Below are positions 17,755-26,061 of a stretch of 60,506 nucleotides of DNA, piece by piece (the first letter of the stretch is position 1; every line of letters starts with the position of its first letter). A program made the translations under genes and the position numbers. Under the pieces are notes generated by a model. It worked only from the letters and a program-made list of their open reading frames with translations. It had not been told where the DNA came from and searched no databases. This DNA comes from a virus (taxonomy: Duplodnaviria; Caudoviricetes), in the IMG/VR virus record IMGVR_UViG_3300036800_000125, positions 1 to 60,506 of that record; one strand, written 5' to 3'.

Positions 17755-17807
17755 GGGCTAGGTCGCCCGGGCGGTACCCCCGGAGGGGGTATCACCCTAG
17801 CGCGCTA
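17755..17807 (-). repeat. two-hairpin intergenic element, copy D
   Basis: near-identical to copy C outside the hairpin tip. Confidence 0.85.
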
Positions 17808-18095
17808 GGCAAAGTCACCGAGGCACCCGGAGCAGGTACCGTTAGCCGACCGCGTTACGAAGTGACGGTCACAGATATTAGACTGGCCCTTACGCGGGCC
17901 CCGTAGGACTACGGGGCGGTAGCCGCCGCTTAGCGCGCGGTCAGCTAGCGCGTCAAGTACGTAGGCCGGGGGCATCGCGCTACCGGGATCGCACTCACAT
18001 TTTTCGTAGTTCATTAGCTGGGTAGGCGTATAGGGCCTACGGTTAGCGGCTAGTAGCTTCAGTTTTTGGGGACTAGGCCCCTTACGCCCGCTCAC
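17805..18095 (-). CDS. first gene of the early cassette; C-terminal Zn-finger-like (CDRHF...GTCSGC)
   Basis: 96 aa; AGGGG RBS; unusual CTA/GTA codon use. Confidence 0.65.
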   Translation of the reverse strand: MSGRKGPSPQKLKLLAANRRPYTPTQLMNYEKCECDPGSAMPPAYVLDALADRALSGGYRPVVLRGPRKGQSNICDRHFVTRSANGTCSGCLGDFA

Positions 18096-18196
18096 TTTTT
18101 ACCCCTACCCCTTACGTACGCGGGCCCTAGCGGGCCCTACCCGCGCGGTACGCGGGCCCGGGGGCCCCGCCCGCTACCTTTTTAGCTATTACCTAA

Positions 18197-18226
18197 AGGT
18201 TACCCCCTACCTAGGCAAAAAGCTAC
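18197..18226 (-). promoter_or_regulatory. phage promoter heading the early cassette
   Basis: GTAGCT-N18-TAACCT. Confidence 0.6.
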
Positions 18227-18391
18227 CTTTTGCGGTAACGAAATGGTAACGTTAGCTAGTACCTTAGGACCTACCCCCTACCGGGCCCTACCCCGAAATT
18301 GCCCCTACCCGGCCTGGAGCGGGCCCCTAAGTGGACTTCTACCTACCCCCGTCCTACCCGCCCGGTCGGCGTCCCGGGCCCGTAAAATGCC

Positions 18392-18518
18392 ATCGTTCGG
18401 TCCTTCGTACGACCTAACGACTGGAATTCGTACGGTCGTACGTATGACCTGGACCGGTCGTACGGTCGTTCGTATCATTCGAGTTAGAACCGCCGGTCGT
18501 TCGGTCGTTCGTACGTTC
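18392..18518. repeat. cluster of GGTCGT(A/T)CG / TCGTACG short repeats
   Basis: multiple imperfect tandem copies visible. Confidence 0.75.
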
Positions 18519-18579
18519 AGTCCCGCAAGTTGGCGAAAAATCTGAACAGTCATGGTTATACCCTGGAATAGTTCGAAAA

Positions 18580-18623
18580 TCCCAAAAAGTGCAAAACGAT
18601 CGCAATTTCCCAAAAAGTGCAAA
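18580..18623. repeat. 16 bp direct repeat TCCCAAAAAGTGCAAA x2
   Basis: 18580-18595 and 18608-18623, within a run of A-tracts. Confidence 0.85.
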
Positions 18624-18704
18624 CACAATTTCCAAATTGTACTTCATGCAACCGGTTGACCAGCGGATTAGGCGAAACCCCCGTTAGGGGGTAACCTACT
18701 ATCT

Positions 18705-18902
18705 ATGGGTCGGCACATAGGGTATGTAATCCCGCAAGAAGAGAAGGATAAGATCGCTGCGACGCAGCGTCGCACCTGGGCGCTCAAACGCCGTCCATGG
18801 ACCGATGCTTCCCGCATGATCCTCGCCGCCATTAGCGACGGTGACCAGGCCCTGGCCCACGAGATCCTCGATGCTTACATGAACACAGAACAGGAGGGGT
18901 AA
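18705..18902 (+). CDS. hypothetical protein (probably leaderless)
   Basis: 65 aa; TAACCT 7 nt upstream of the ATG. Confidence 0.7.
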   Translation: MGRHIGYVIPQEEKDKIAATQRRTWALKRRPWTDASRMILAAISDGDQALAHEILDAYMNTEQEG

Positions 18903-19495
18903 TGGAAGCAGCAGAAGCAGCACAAAGCCTTCTTAGAGATGTTCTCGAGTCGCTCTGTCGGCGAGACGGCCTTCCGCTGGACAGCATCGTCGAGCCTGGT
19001 AAGCCAGCCAGGAACTACGAGCTTGCCGAACGCCTTGGTATCGGTCATGTTTTCGGCATCGGCCCCTGTTCTCCCGAAGAGCAGGTTGATGATCTTCGAA
19101 GGAAGGAGGAATGGTTCCAGGACAACGTAGGCGATCCAGATCTCTATGGAGGCTTCTCCCCGCTCGAGCAGGCCAGCCTCGGTCTCGGTAAACTGACATT
19201 CGAGTACCGTCCTGGCGATCACAAGGACGCCAACGGCAACTGGCGTGGCCCGGAAACGGTCGTACGAGGACAGGGCAGCAGCATGCTCGATCCGGACGAT
19301 ATCATCATCGATCGCCTCCATCGTTACTACGGCGGCATCCGCCCGATCTCGACGAAACCCGGCCAGCAGTATCCGGCCACGCCGAACTACGATTGGACAT
19401 GGAACCTCACCCGGGACCAGGTCGAAGACGCCCTCGATATTACGCTCAACGGGAACGCCAGCAAAGAGGAGAGCGACGACAGCGATGGAAATTAA
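18902..19495 (+). CDS. hypothetical protein
   Basis: 197 aa, TAATG coupling. Confidence 0.75.
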   Translation: MEAAEAAQSLLRDVLESLCRRDGLPLDSIVEPGKPARNYELAERLGIGHVFGIGPCSPEEQVDDLRRKEEWFQDNVGDPDLYGGFSPLEQASLGLGKLTFEYRPGDHKDANGNWRGPETVVRGQGSSMLDPDDIIIDRLHRYYGGIRPISTKPGQQYPATPNYDWTWNLTRDQVEDALDITLNGNASKEESDDSDGN

Positions 19496-20057
19496 CGAAT
19501 CTGTCTGGGTGGTTACGGCTCCTGGGATGTTGGTCGGGGCCCGTATCCTGGGCAAGGCATATGACAGAGGAGCCAAAGGCCACAGCGGAAAGACCTGGCT
19601 CGATGTATGTATCCTTGGGCAGCATCTTCCACAGATGTACAGCAACGGCGATATCCGGATCCTCACAAGCGAGAATTGTCCTGCGCTTGGGCTCTGCCCG
19701 GAGTGCTTCGGCTTCGGGGACATGGACGACCCGCCCGCAGACAATTTTCTCTCGCTCGCGCGTTCGATTGACCAGATGGCGAACCTTTGCACTACATGCG
19801 GTGGAAGCGGACGTCCGGCAATTCGGGTGAGCGTACATCGGGAACCCAACGCCACCGAATATGTTCCGCCGACCGGCACGATAACCACTGTTCCGCATGC
19901 ATACATTCCGCCGTTGTCCGACGAGCTGCTCGGTTTCTATGCTGAACCCGAGATGAGGACGCTGTTCGGGTCAAATCCCGACGACTGCCTCGCCTGCGGC
20001 CTCCCTCCAGGCGACGAGAAGCACGCGCGCGGCACTTTCGCGAACATCCATAATTAA
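19485..20057 (+). CDS. protein with DnaJ-type CxxCxGxG Zn-finger repeats
   Basis: CPECFGFG ... CTTCGGSG; additional CLACG. Confidence 0.7.
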   Translation: MEINESVWVVTAPGMLVGARILGKAYDRGAKGHSGKTWLDVCILGQHLPQMYSNGDIRILTSENCPALGLCPECFGFGDMDDPPADNFLSLARSIDQMANLCTTCGGSGRPAIRVSVHREPNATEYVPPTGTITTVPHAYIPPLSDELLGFYAEPEMRTLFGSNPDDCLACGLPPGDEKHARGTFANIHN

Positions 20058-20064
20058 GGCCATC

Positions 20065-20208
20065 ATGATAGCGAGCAGCATAACCAAGAACGCGAGCGAT
20101 GCGGTTATCATCCTCGTGATCGTCCTCGGCGCGCTCGTGACGATTATCGCCATGGTCATTGCGATGGCTATCGGTTCGGCCATCCGTGTGCTCCGGCGCG
20201 GGTGGTAA
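20065..20208 (+). CDS. 47 aa single-pass membrane protein
   Basis: translated by hand; long hydrophobic stretch followed by RR. Confidence 0.55.
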   Translation: MIASSITKNASDAVIILVIVLGALVTIIAMVIAMAIGSAIRVLRRGW

Positions 20209-20210
20209 CG

Positions 20211-20489
20211 ATGGCAGGAAAACAGAAGTCCATGAAGCTTGCGCTGTGCCTATCTGCTCTGGCTCCCGGTCTTGGGGCCTGGTACGCGCAGGCACCGATC
20301 ATGGGCATCTTTGCCGCGTCTGCCTCGGCGGGGTCTTGGTTTGCGGTGTTCGTCTGGTCCGTTCCATGGTTCGGATGTGTCTCGTTCTTTTGTTCTACCT
20401 TTATCAGCCTCCAGGTAACAGCAGATTCCGTGAACACCTACAATAACAGACACAACAGCAGAAGGAATACCAGCCATGCCCGAGATTGA
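20211..20489 (+). CDS. membrane protein
   Basis: hydrophobic segments. Confidence 0.55.
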   Translation: MAGKQKSMKLALCLSALAPGLGAWYAQAPIMGIFAASASAGSWFAVFVWSVPWFGCVSFFCSTFISLQVTADSVNTYNNRHNSRRNTSHARD

Positions 20490-21024
20490 GCAGACGATCC
20501 CCAAGCCCTGGGACCACCGGATCCTCGTCCGTCCGCAGACCGAGGACGCACCGGAAGGGGCGCTGATCGCCTACTGTACCTGTGGCGAGTACACTCGCCA
20601 GTACTCAACGAACATGGACGCGCTCATTGCGGTGAAGGATTCGACGGATCACCTGACGTCTCATCCGCTCAAGCCGCTGTCTATAGTCCAGGTGGGGGAA
20701 GATGGGTCCAATGGCGATGTCCTGCTCGTGATGGGCGTGCCGGGGATGGGAGGAGAGGAGACCGTCCACATGACGGTTGCCGTTTCCGCCGACATATACG
20801 ACGACAACGTGGCCCTGGCGAAGTGGCTCGGCCCCATCGGCAGCCCTGTCCACTACGGTGCCGAGCAGCAGCGTCGCTTCGAGCAGGAGCACAGAGGCCA
20901 GGTTAAGATTATCGGCGACGCCCAGGAGATTCCGGGCGGCCTGCAGGGTCTGCTCGGCTTCTTGCAGGGGCTTCCGCAGCAAGGGCAGCAAGAGGGTGAC
21001 AACGATGACACACACAGCCACTAG
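20476..21024 (+). CDS. hypothetical protein
   Basis: 182 aa, AAGGA RBS. Confidence 0.75.
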   Translation: MPEIEQTIPKPWDHRILVRPQTEDAPEGALIAYCTCGEYTRQYSTNMDALIAVKDSTDHLTSHPLKPLSIVQVGEDGSNGDVLLVMGVPGMGGEETVHMTVAVSADIYDDNVALAKWLGPIGSPVHYGAEQQRRFEQEHRGQVKIIGDAQEIPGGLQGLLGFLQGLPQQGQQEGDNDDTHSH

Positions 21025-21301
21025 CGTCGCTATCTGGATGTTCCTGGTCGGCTTCCCCTTCCTCGCGGCCTGGGGCGTGCTCTATCAGACCGCCCGAAAG
21101 AAGAAGGGCCTCGGCCCGGTGACGCCGCGCTACCACGGTCCGTTGGCCTCCAGCCATGACAAGCGCACCGGACAGCGTGCCCTCGTCGCCGAGGCGGAAC
21201 AGCGCGCGAAGTACGCAGTCGACACGGACCAGCCTGCCTATGTGCAGCGCTACGAGGAAGCCCGGCATCGTCGCCTAGCACGTCGCTATGGAAATTCGTG
21301 A
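21005..21301 (+). CDS. membrane-anchored protein
   Basis: N-terminal TM followed by RKKK. Confidence 0.7.
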   Translation: MTHTATSVAIWMFLVGFPFLAAWGVLYQTARKKKGLGPVTPRYHGPLASSHDKRTGQRALVAEAEQRAKYAVDTDQPAYVQRYEEARHRRLARRYGNS

Positions 21302-21585
21302 AACGCGACCAAATTGCCACAGGCATATACTGGATCGGCCTCGGCCTCCTTATCGATGTGCTGCTAATCGCAGCAACCAGTTCGCACCCGAGCGCGATGA
21401 ATCATAACGCAAGGGACTGGATCGTTATTGCTTGTGGCCTGATCTCGTTCACGACCGGCGGACTCTTGCATTTCTTCGACTGGGGCAAGAGGGCGGGGAG
21501 AAGCAGCCGAGATGGAACCCGCTCGTTACGAGATCGTTACCAGCAATATTCCCGAAACTCCCCGCGCGCCGCGCGGGTAGGCTAG
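21298..21585 (+). CDS. 2-TM membrane protein
   Basis: two hydrophobic helices; GTGA overlap. Confidence 0.65.
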   Translation: MKRDQIATGIYWIGLGLLIDVLLIAATSSHPSAMNHNARDWIVIACGLISFTTGGLLHFFDWGKRAGRSSRDGTRSLRDRYQQYSRNSPRAARVG

Positions 21586-21639
21586 CGTATCGCTAGCGAC
21601 TGGAAAACCAGCCGCGACCATTAACAGGAGGCATCCTTA

Positions 21640-22461
21640 ATGCGAGCAGTAAAGAGATTGGCAGCGATCGCCGGGGCGGTGTTCCTGCTCGGGACACTCG
21701 GCTTCGGTACCGCGCAGATGGCGCACGCTGCGCCCCTGCCGGCCAACATTGTTACGACCGACCTCGGTGGCGTCGCCAGCGTTCCGACCGGCGGCCCGTT
21801 CAACACGAACAAGACCCTCGTCGGCACCGTGGACCTGACGGCCGGGACCTACACGGTGAGCGTGAACGCCAAGGCGACGCCGAACGCGGTGACCACCGGG
21901 GCGGTGTTCCCGCAGTTCTTCGTGTACAACGGTGCGGCCCTGCCCACCTGGACGAACGATCTGTTCAACGTTGGCAACGGCTCGCTGGAGCAGTTCACCA
22001 CGAGTCCGCTTCCGTCCAACCTGATCGACTCCTACTACAGCGGGTCGGGCGTGGTCACGGTTCCGGCTGCCGGGGAGACGCTGGACGTGTACGCCTTCGG
22101 GTACGACAGTGGTGGCGGCCTCGGCAGCTACAAGCTCGACGACCTGACCGTGACCGCCACCAAGGCGTACACCCACACCGTGCACCCGTACATCTACGGC
22201 GGGCACATCGTCTCGGTCAACAGGAATGATGTGGTGCTCGGCTGGAAGTTCGGTGGCGGCGCGCAGTACGCCTGCACCCGGACCTTCGGGTACAAGATGA
22301 GCGTTAACGGCAGTCCGCACCTCGGGCTGTCCGGCGGCGACGAGGGCTTCTGGTCGGGGCTGGCTCCGGGGCACACGTACGACATGGAGATCTACCCCTG
22401 CACATACCAGCGCGTCCAGACCGGCCCGGTCGGCTGGATCAACCTGGTGACCACCAACTAA
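21640..22461 (+). CDS. secreted beta-rich protein with FN3-like C-terminus
   Basis: Sec signal peptide MRAVKRLAAIAGAVFLLG...AHA; SGLAPGHTYDMEIYP FN3 signature. Confidence 0.75.
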   Translation: MRAVKRLAAIAGAVFLLGTLGFGTAQMAHAAPLPANIVTTDLGGVASVPTGGPFNTNKTLVGTVDLTAGTYTVSVNAKATPNAVTTGAVFPQFFVYNGAALPTWTNDLFNVGNGSLEQFTTSPLPSNLIDSYYSGSGVVTVPAAGETLDVYAFGYDSGGGLGSYKLDDLTVTATKAYTHTVHPYIYGGHIVSVNRNDVVLGWKFGGGAQYACTRTFGYKMSVNGSPHLGLSGGDEGFWSGLAPGHTYDMEIYPCTYQRVQTGPVGWINLVTTN

Positions 22462-22482
22462 CAACCGCCACCCCGAGAGGCA

Positions 22483-22911
22483 ATGATGTACAGCCACCGC
22501 CCAGAGCGTCCTAGACAGTCGTTCGGCCATGCCGACACCGAGACGCTCTGGGCGGTCGGTTCTCCCCCGGCCACATCGGTACCCTGGAGAGGGCATATGG
22601 GACCACCTGGACAGGATCCATACCAGAAGCCGCCGAACAGGGGCCCTGGACAGGATCCCCGCCAGCCGCCGACCCTACTTGGCCACATTCAGCCGCCGGA
22701 TCCAAGGCAGCAGACGCAGCCGCAACAGCAGCCGGTCTTCGTCCCGGTGTCCAGCGAGCTACAGATCGCCTACACGCGCCAGATGGCCAAGGATATCCAC
22801 ACGATCCGTACCCTGGCGCTCTGGGCCTTCTTCCTATCCCTCGTTTTTGCCGTGGTCATGATAGCCATCGGCACGGACATCTCGTCCACCCTGAGCAACA
22901 TCCATCTGTAG
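22483..22911 (+). CDS. Pro/Gln-rich protein with C-terminal TM (start may be 22597)
   Basis: low-complexity N-terminus, hydrophobic C-terminus. Confidence 0.65.
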   Translation: MMYSHRPERPRQSFGHADTETLWAVGSPPATSVPWRGHMGPPGQDPYQKPPNRGPGQDPRQPPTLLGHIQPPDPRQQTQPQQQPVFVPVSSELQIAYTRQMAKDIHTIRTLALWAFFLSLVFAVVMIAIGTDISSTLSNIHL

Positions 22912-22925
22912 GAAGGTAACCCGAA

Positions 22926-23708
22926 ATGCCTAGCGAGACCCTTAGCGGAAACCAGATCCAGAACATCGTCGAGACCCCCGTGACCGGCCTGAAGGGGCGG
23001 ACCCCAAGGCAGCAGATTCTCGAGGAGAAGCCCGACAACGGCGGGCGCGAGAAGGAGCCGGTGTTCATTATCGACCGCTCACGCTCGAACCTCGAGCCCG
23101 TCGACCCCGAGGGCACGATGACCAAGGCGGAGTTCCTCCAGCAGGCGATCCCGCTGGCGGCCAAGCTCCTCGCCGGCACCGACTCCCAGGCCGCTCACGA
23201 GGTCGGTACCGACAAGGGCGGCGTCCGGTCGTTCGCGTTTAACGAGCCGGGCGAGTTTCAGGGGTGGGATCCGGAGGAGCACGAGTTTAGCGACCCGCGC
23301 GACCTCGGCGACCTCCACGAGGGCAACGTCGTCGAGGTGCTGGGCAACGAGGACGACTGGAACGGGCGCACCTACCCGATGCCCGCCGTGCGGGCGAGCG
23401 AGAAGGCGTTCCAGGGCGAATTCGGCAGCCGTCCGATGCGCAGCCGTCCGACCCAGATGGTCGTCTACTGGGGCGACGGTCAGATTACCACCCAGGAGGA
23501 AGAGGAGGCGTTCGAGAACTGGGTGAGCCAGGCGGACGAGTTCCTGGTCATCGCCATCGTCCTAATCGGCTTCGGGCCGGGGCACGACGCGGCCGTGAAG
23601 GCGTTCCGCCGCATCGCCGAGAAGAACGCCTACGTGTCGGTGCTCGCGCTGACCGGCGTGGCCTCCGCCAACGAGGCCGCGCTCGACGTCCAGCTCATGG
23701 CGGCGTAG
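22926..23708 (+). CDS. vWA-like domain protein
   Basis: FIIDRSRS MIDAS-like DxSxS, VVYWGDG, IVLIGFG. Confidence 0.65.
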   Translation: MPSETLSGNQIQNIVETPVTGLKGRTPRQQILEEKPDNGGREKEPVFIIDRSRSNLEPVDPEGTMTKAEFLQQAIPLAAKLLAGTDSQAAHEVGTDKGGVRSFAFNEPGEFQGWDPEEHEFSDPRDLGDLHEGNVVEVLGNEDDWNGRTYPMPAVRASEKAFQGEFGSRPMRSRPTQMVVYWGDGQITTQEEEEAFENWVSQADEFLVIAIVLIGFGPGHDAAVKAFRRIAEKNAYVSVLALTGVASANEAALDVQLMAA

Positions 23709-23831
23709 ACGGTACCTAAGACCCCCGCCCGGTAGCCAGCGGGTGGTGCGACCTGTGATATTCTACCGGGCGGGCCAACCCTCCACCCAGACCCCGGCGA
23801 GGAGGTCTGGGTGGAGCCATTTAGAGGAGCG

Positions 23832-24140
23832 ATGATGAGACATCCCATTTACCTGGACGGACCTTGGAAGGGAACTGATCACCCTATCGGGGAAGGGTTT
23901 GACCACGTGGTCGTCCCAGTAATCCCGCCAATCGAAGGGATGCTCTCCGGTGATTCCGGTCCGTACCAGATCGTCTATCGACTACGACAATTCCATATAT
24001 TCTCTGGTGGATCACAGTTCTCTCTGTGGTTCGCCTACCGGGGCCCATATGAGCCTTCGGTCGAGCTTCTGGTTGATGCTATTTTCAAGCCAGAAGTAAT
24101 AGCAATGGGCGAGCTTGAATTGCCCCCGATAACCGAATAA
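23832..24140 (+). CDS. hypothetical protein
   Basis: GAGGAG RBS; YLDGPWKG start motif. Confidence 0.65.
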   Translation: MMRHPIYLDGPWKGTDHPIGEGFDHVVVPVIPPIEGMLSGDSGPYQIVYRLRQFHIFSGGSQFSLWFAYRGPYEPSVELLVDAIFKPEVIAMGELELPPITE

Positions 24141-24153
24141 AGGTACTAAAAAG

Positions 24154-24200
24154 ATAGCCCTCCCTGCGGAGTAGCGGTAAATGGCAGGGAGGGCTATAGT
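24154..24200 (+). promoter_or_regulatory. promoter embedded in a 14 bp hairpin, leaderless start of the packaging operon
   Basis: ATAGCCCTCCCTGC/GCAGGGAGGGCTAT inverted repeat; GTAGCG-N18-TATAGT-N6-GTG. Confidence 0.7.
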
Positions 24201-24206
24201 TGTGTT

Positions 24207-24782
24207 GTGGCCCAGCGCAGAATTCGCACCGATGTCGATACCCCCGCCGGTGTGCGGAAGGCCGCCCGGACATCGGTTGGTGCGACGCCGGTCACGATTC
24301 TCAACCGCGGTCGTCTGCGTCTAGAACTCATCCGCGACCTTGCTATGGGTGAGTGGTCCCATGCGAGTATTGCGAAGCGGCTTGGTGTTGACACCGCCGA
24401 TATTACAGACTTTGCAGAGAAGTATGTCCAGGATATTAGCGAGGTACGTTCCGCGCTCGCTGGGCAGCTAGCCATTGAGGCCGCTGGCCTCTGGATCTCG
24501 AAGAAGCAGAATCGCATTGCCGAACTGCAGGCAGACTTCGACGAGCTGAACGATGTCTTGGTTTCGATGAGGGCAGGAACATATCGCCCGACTGACAATG
24601 ATGGCACAAACCTCGGTTCACGGCGACACCGAGGCATTCTTAAGTCCAAGATGGACCTGCTTCGCGCGGTGGCCGATGAACTGAGCCCGCGCGGTGCGGG
24701 CGCAACGGCAGGCTCGCCTGACGATCCGAACATCGTCCACTACATTATCGAAGCGGGCGATGTAACGGAGGCGCTTCGGTGA
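24207..24782 (+). CDS. putative terminase small subunit (HTH plus coiled coil)
   Basis: SHASIAKRLGVD HTH-like segment; position upstream of TerL. Confidence 0.55.
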   Translation: MAQRRIRTDVDTPAGVRKAARTSVGATPVTILNRGRLRLELIRDLAMGEWSHASIAKRLGVDTADITDFAEKYVQDISEVRSALAGQLAIEAAGLWISKKQNRIAELQADFDELNDVLVSMRAGTYRPTDNDGTNLGSRRHRGILKSKMDLLRAVADELSPRGAGATAGSPDDPNIVHYIIEAGDVTEALR

Positions 24783-25009
24783 TAAAAGCAGCAGACAACT
24801 GGACAGAAGCCCAGATCGACGAGTTTGCTGAGCAATGGAGGAAGAAGGCGAGTCGGGGCAAGGTCAAGGTCATCCCGCCGCTCCCGCTCCGTACCCGCGT
24901 CCGCCTTGCAGCGGAGTCCGTGATCCATACGATCGCCTATCGGCTGTCCAAGAACCACTGGCGCATGGCCGTGTACCTCTACAAGGCATGTGGGATGTGG
25001 TCGTTATGA
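24779..25009 (+). CDS. hypothetical protein
   Basis: 76 aa, GTGA overlap. Confidence 0.65.
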   Translation: MIKAADNWTEAQIDEFAEQWRKKASRGKVKVIPPLPLRTRVRLAAESVIHTIAYRLSKNHWRMAVYLYKACGMWSL

Positions 25010-25263
25010 CACAGCCATCCCACACCCCTCCCCCAACCAGCCCGCCCATGAAGTGGCGGGTGGTCGTGGCTAATTCTGCAGACGAAGCGCGATCCGGTAC
25101 CGCCTATGTAATCGCGTTGACATCCCTCATCGTCTGGCTTGTCCAGTACTACGGCTTCCACGGAAACATGCCGGGCGCGGTCAGCGCGGCTCTCTACGTG
25201 GTCATCCCGACGACGTTCGGTTACCTCGCGTCCCACGTCGCCTTCAAGAAGGTGACGCTGTGA
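25006..25263 (+). CDS. 2-TM membrane protein (holin-like)
   Basis: two TM segments, basic C-terminus. Confidence 0.6.
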   Translation: MTQPSHTPPPTSPPMKWRVVVANSADEARSGTAYVIALTSLIVWLVQYYGFHGNMPGAVSAALYVVIPTTFGYLASHVAFKKVTL

Positions 25264-25448
25264 GCACAGACGCTATCCGTTGGCTGACACCGATCCGTAC
25301 ATCCGGCATGAATGTTCGCTGGTCCTGCAAAGCGGCAAACTCGATCCTTGAACACTCTCGCTCGGTCATCCTTCCGAATGGCACTAGGATCCCGAGGGAG
25401 ACCGCGCTTGATACATGGACGCGGCTGACGGACGGGTACACGCTATGA
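25260..25448 (+). CDS. hypothetical protein
   Basis: overlap-coupled on both sides. Confidence 0.55.
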   Translation: MSTDAIRWLTPIRTSGMNVRWSCKAANSILEHSRSVILPNGTRIPRETALDTWTRLTDGYTL

Positions 25449-25861
25449 AGCCGCAGACGCTCGATGAGCGCGCAGCACTGTGTTACTTCTCCCGTTTCGA
25501 TACCTGCAGCGATACGGCTTCGGTAAGCGTGTTGTGCAAGGTTGAGGGAACCGAGTTTCACGCCTGTGCACGACACTGGAGTGAGTGGACCCGGAGTGCG
25601 GTCAACGATAGCCTCCTTTCCGCGCACTGTCCCCGGTGTGCGCCCGCATACATCGCCCGGCGCGAGTCTCAGGCCAGTAATACGGCGGTCACCGTCGCCG
25701 ACGAGCCGATTACCGGGCCCCTAGCCGACGCCATCGACAATGCGATGCATGCAGAGGGCGTCCTCGCTCCAGAGCGGGCACGGATCCTCCGGCGGCTCGC
25801 CGCGAACACCGACGCCTATGTAGCCGCGGTCATGTCCAGGCAGAATGGGGCGATCGAGTGA
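25445..25861 (+). CDS. Cys-rich hypothetical protein
   Basis: ATGA overlap; CARH, CPRC. Confidence 0.65.
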   Translation: MKPQTLDERAALCYFSRFDTCSDTASVSVLCKVEGTEFHACARHWSEWTRSAVNDSLLSAHCPRCAPAYIARRESQASNTAVTVADEPITGPLADAIDNAMHAEGVLAPERARILRRLAANTDAYVAAVMSRQNGAIE

Positions 25862-26061
25862 GCACCCTGGGCAACAACCCGCGAGCGAATCCTGGCGATG
25901 CCGACTGCCTCGCCGCTGGCAACTGCCTTGCTACCGAGCCGAGAGAGATCCGTCTCTGCGACCAGTACATGATGTGCATCATTGACTACAAGGCACGCAC
26001 AGGAATGCTTCCTCAGGCTCCGCATGCACGGGATGACCCGGAGAGGAGGAGCGTTGCCTAA
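25858..26061 (+). CDS. hypothetical protein
   Basis: 67 aa, overlap-coupled. Confidence 0.5.
   Translation: MSTLGNNPRANPGDADCLAAGNCLATEPREIRLCDQYMMCIIDYKARTGMLPQAPHARDDPERRSVA

Noticed and set aside
14289-17807. Four-copy element as a known ribozyme (hammerhead, HDV/theta, pistol, twister)
   Set aside because: Catalytic core sequences such as CUGANGA/GAAA are absent and the topology differs; kept as an unknown element instead
18392-18518. Short repeats as a CRISPR mini-array
   Set aside because: Units are 7-9 nt, irregular, with no unique 25-40 nt spacers; no cas genes in the window
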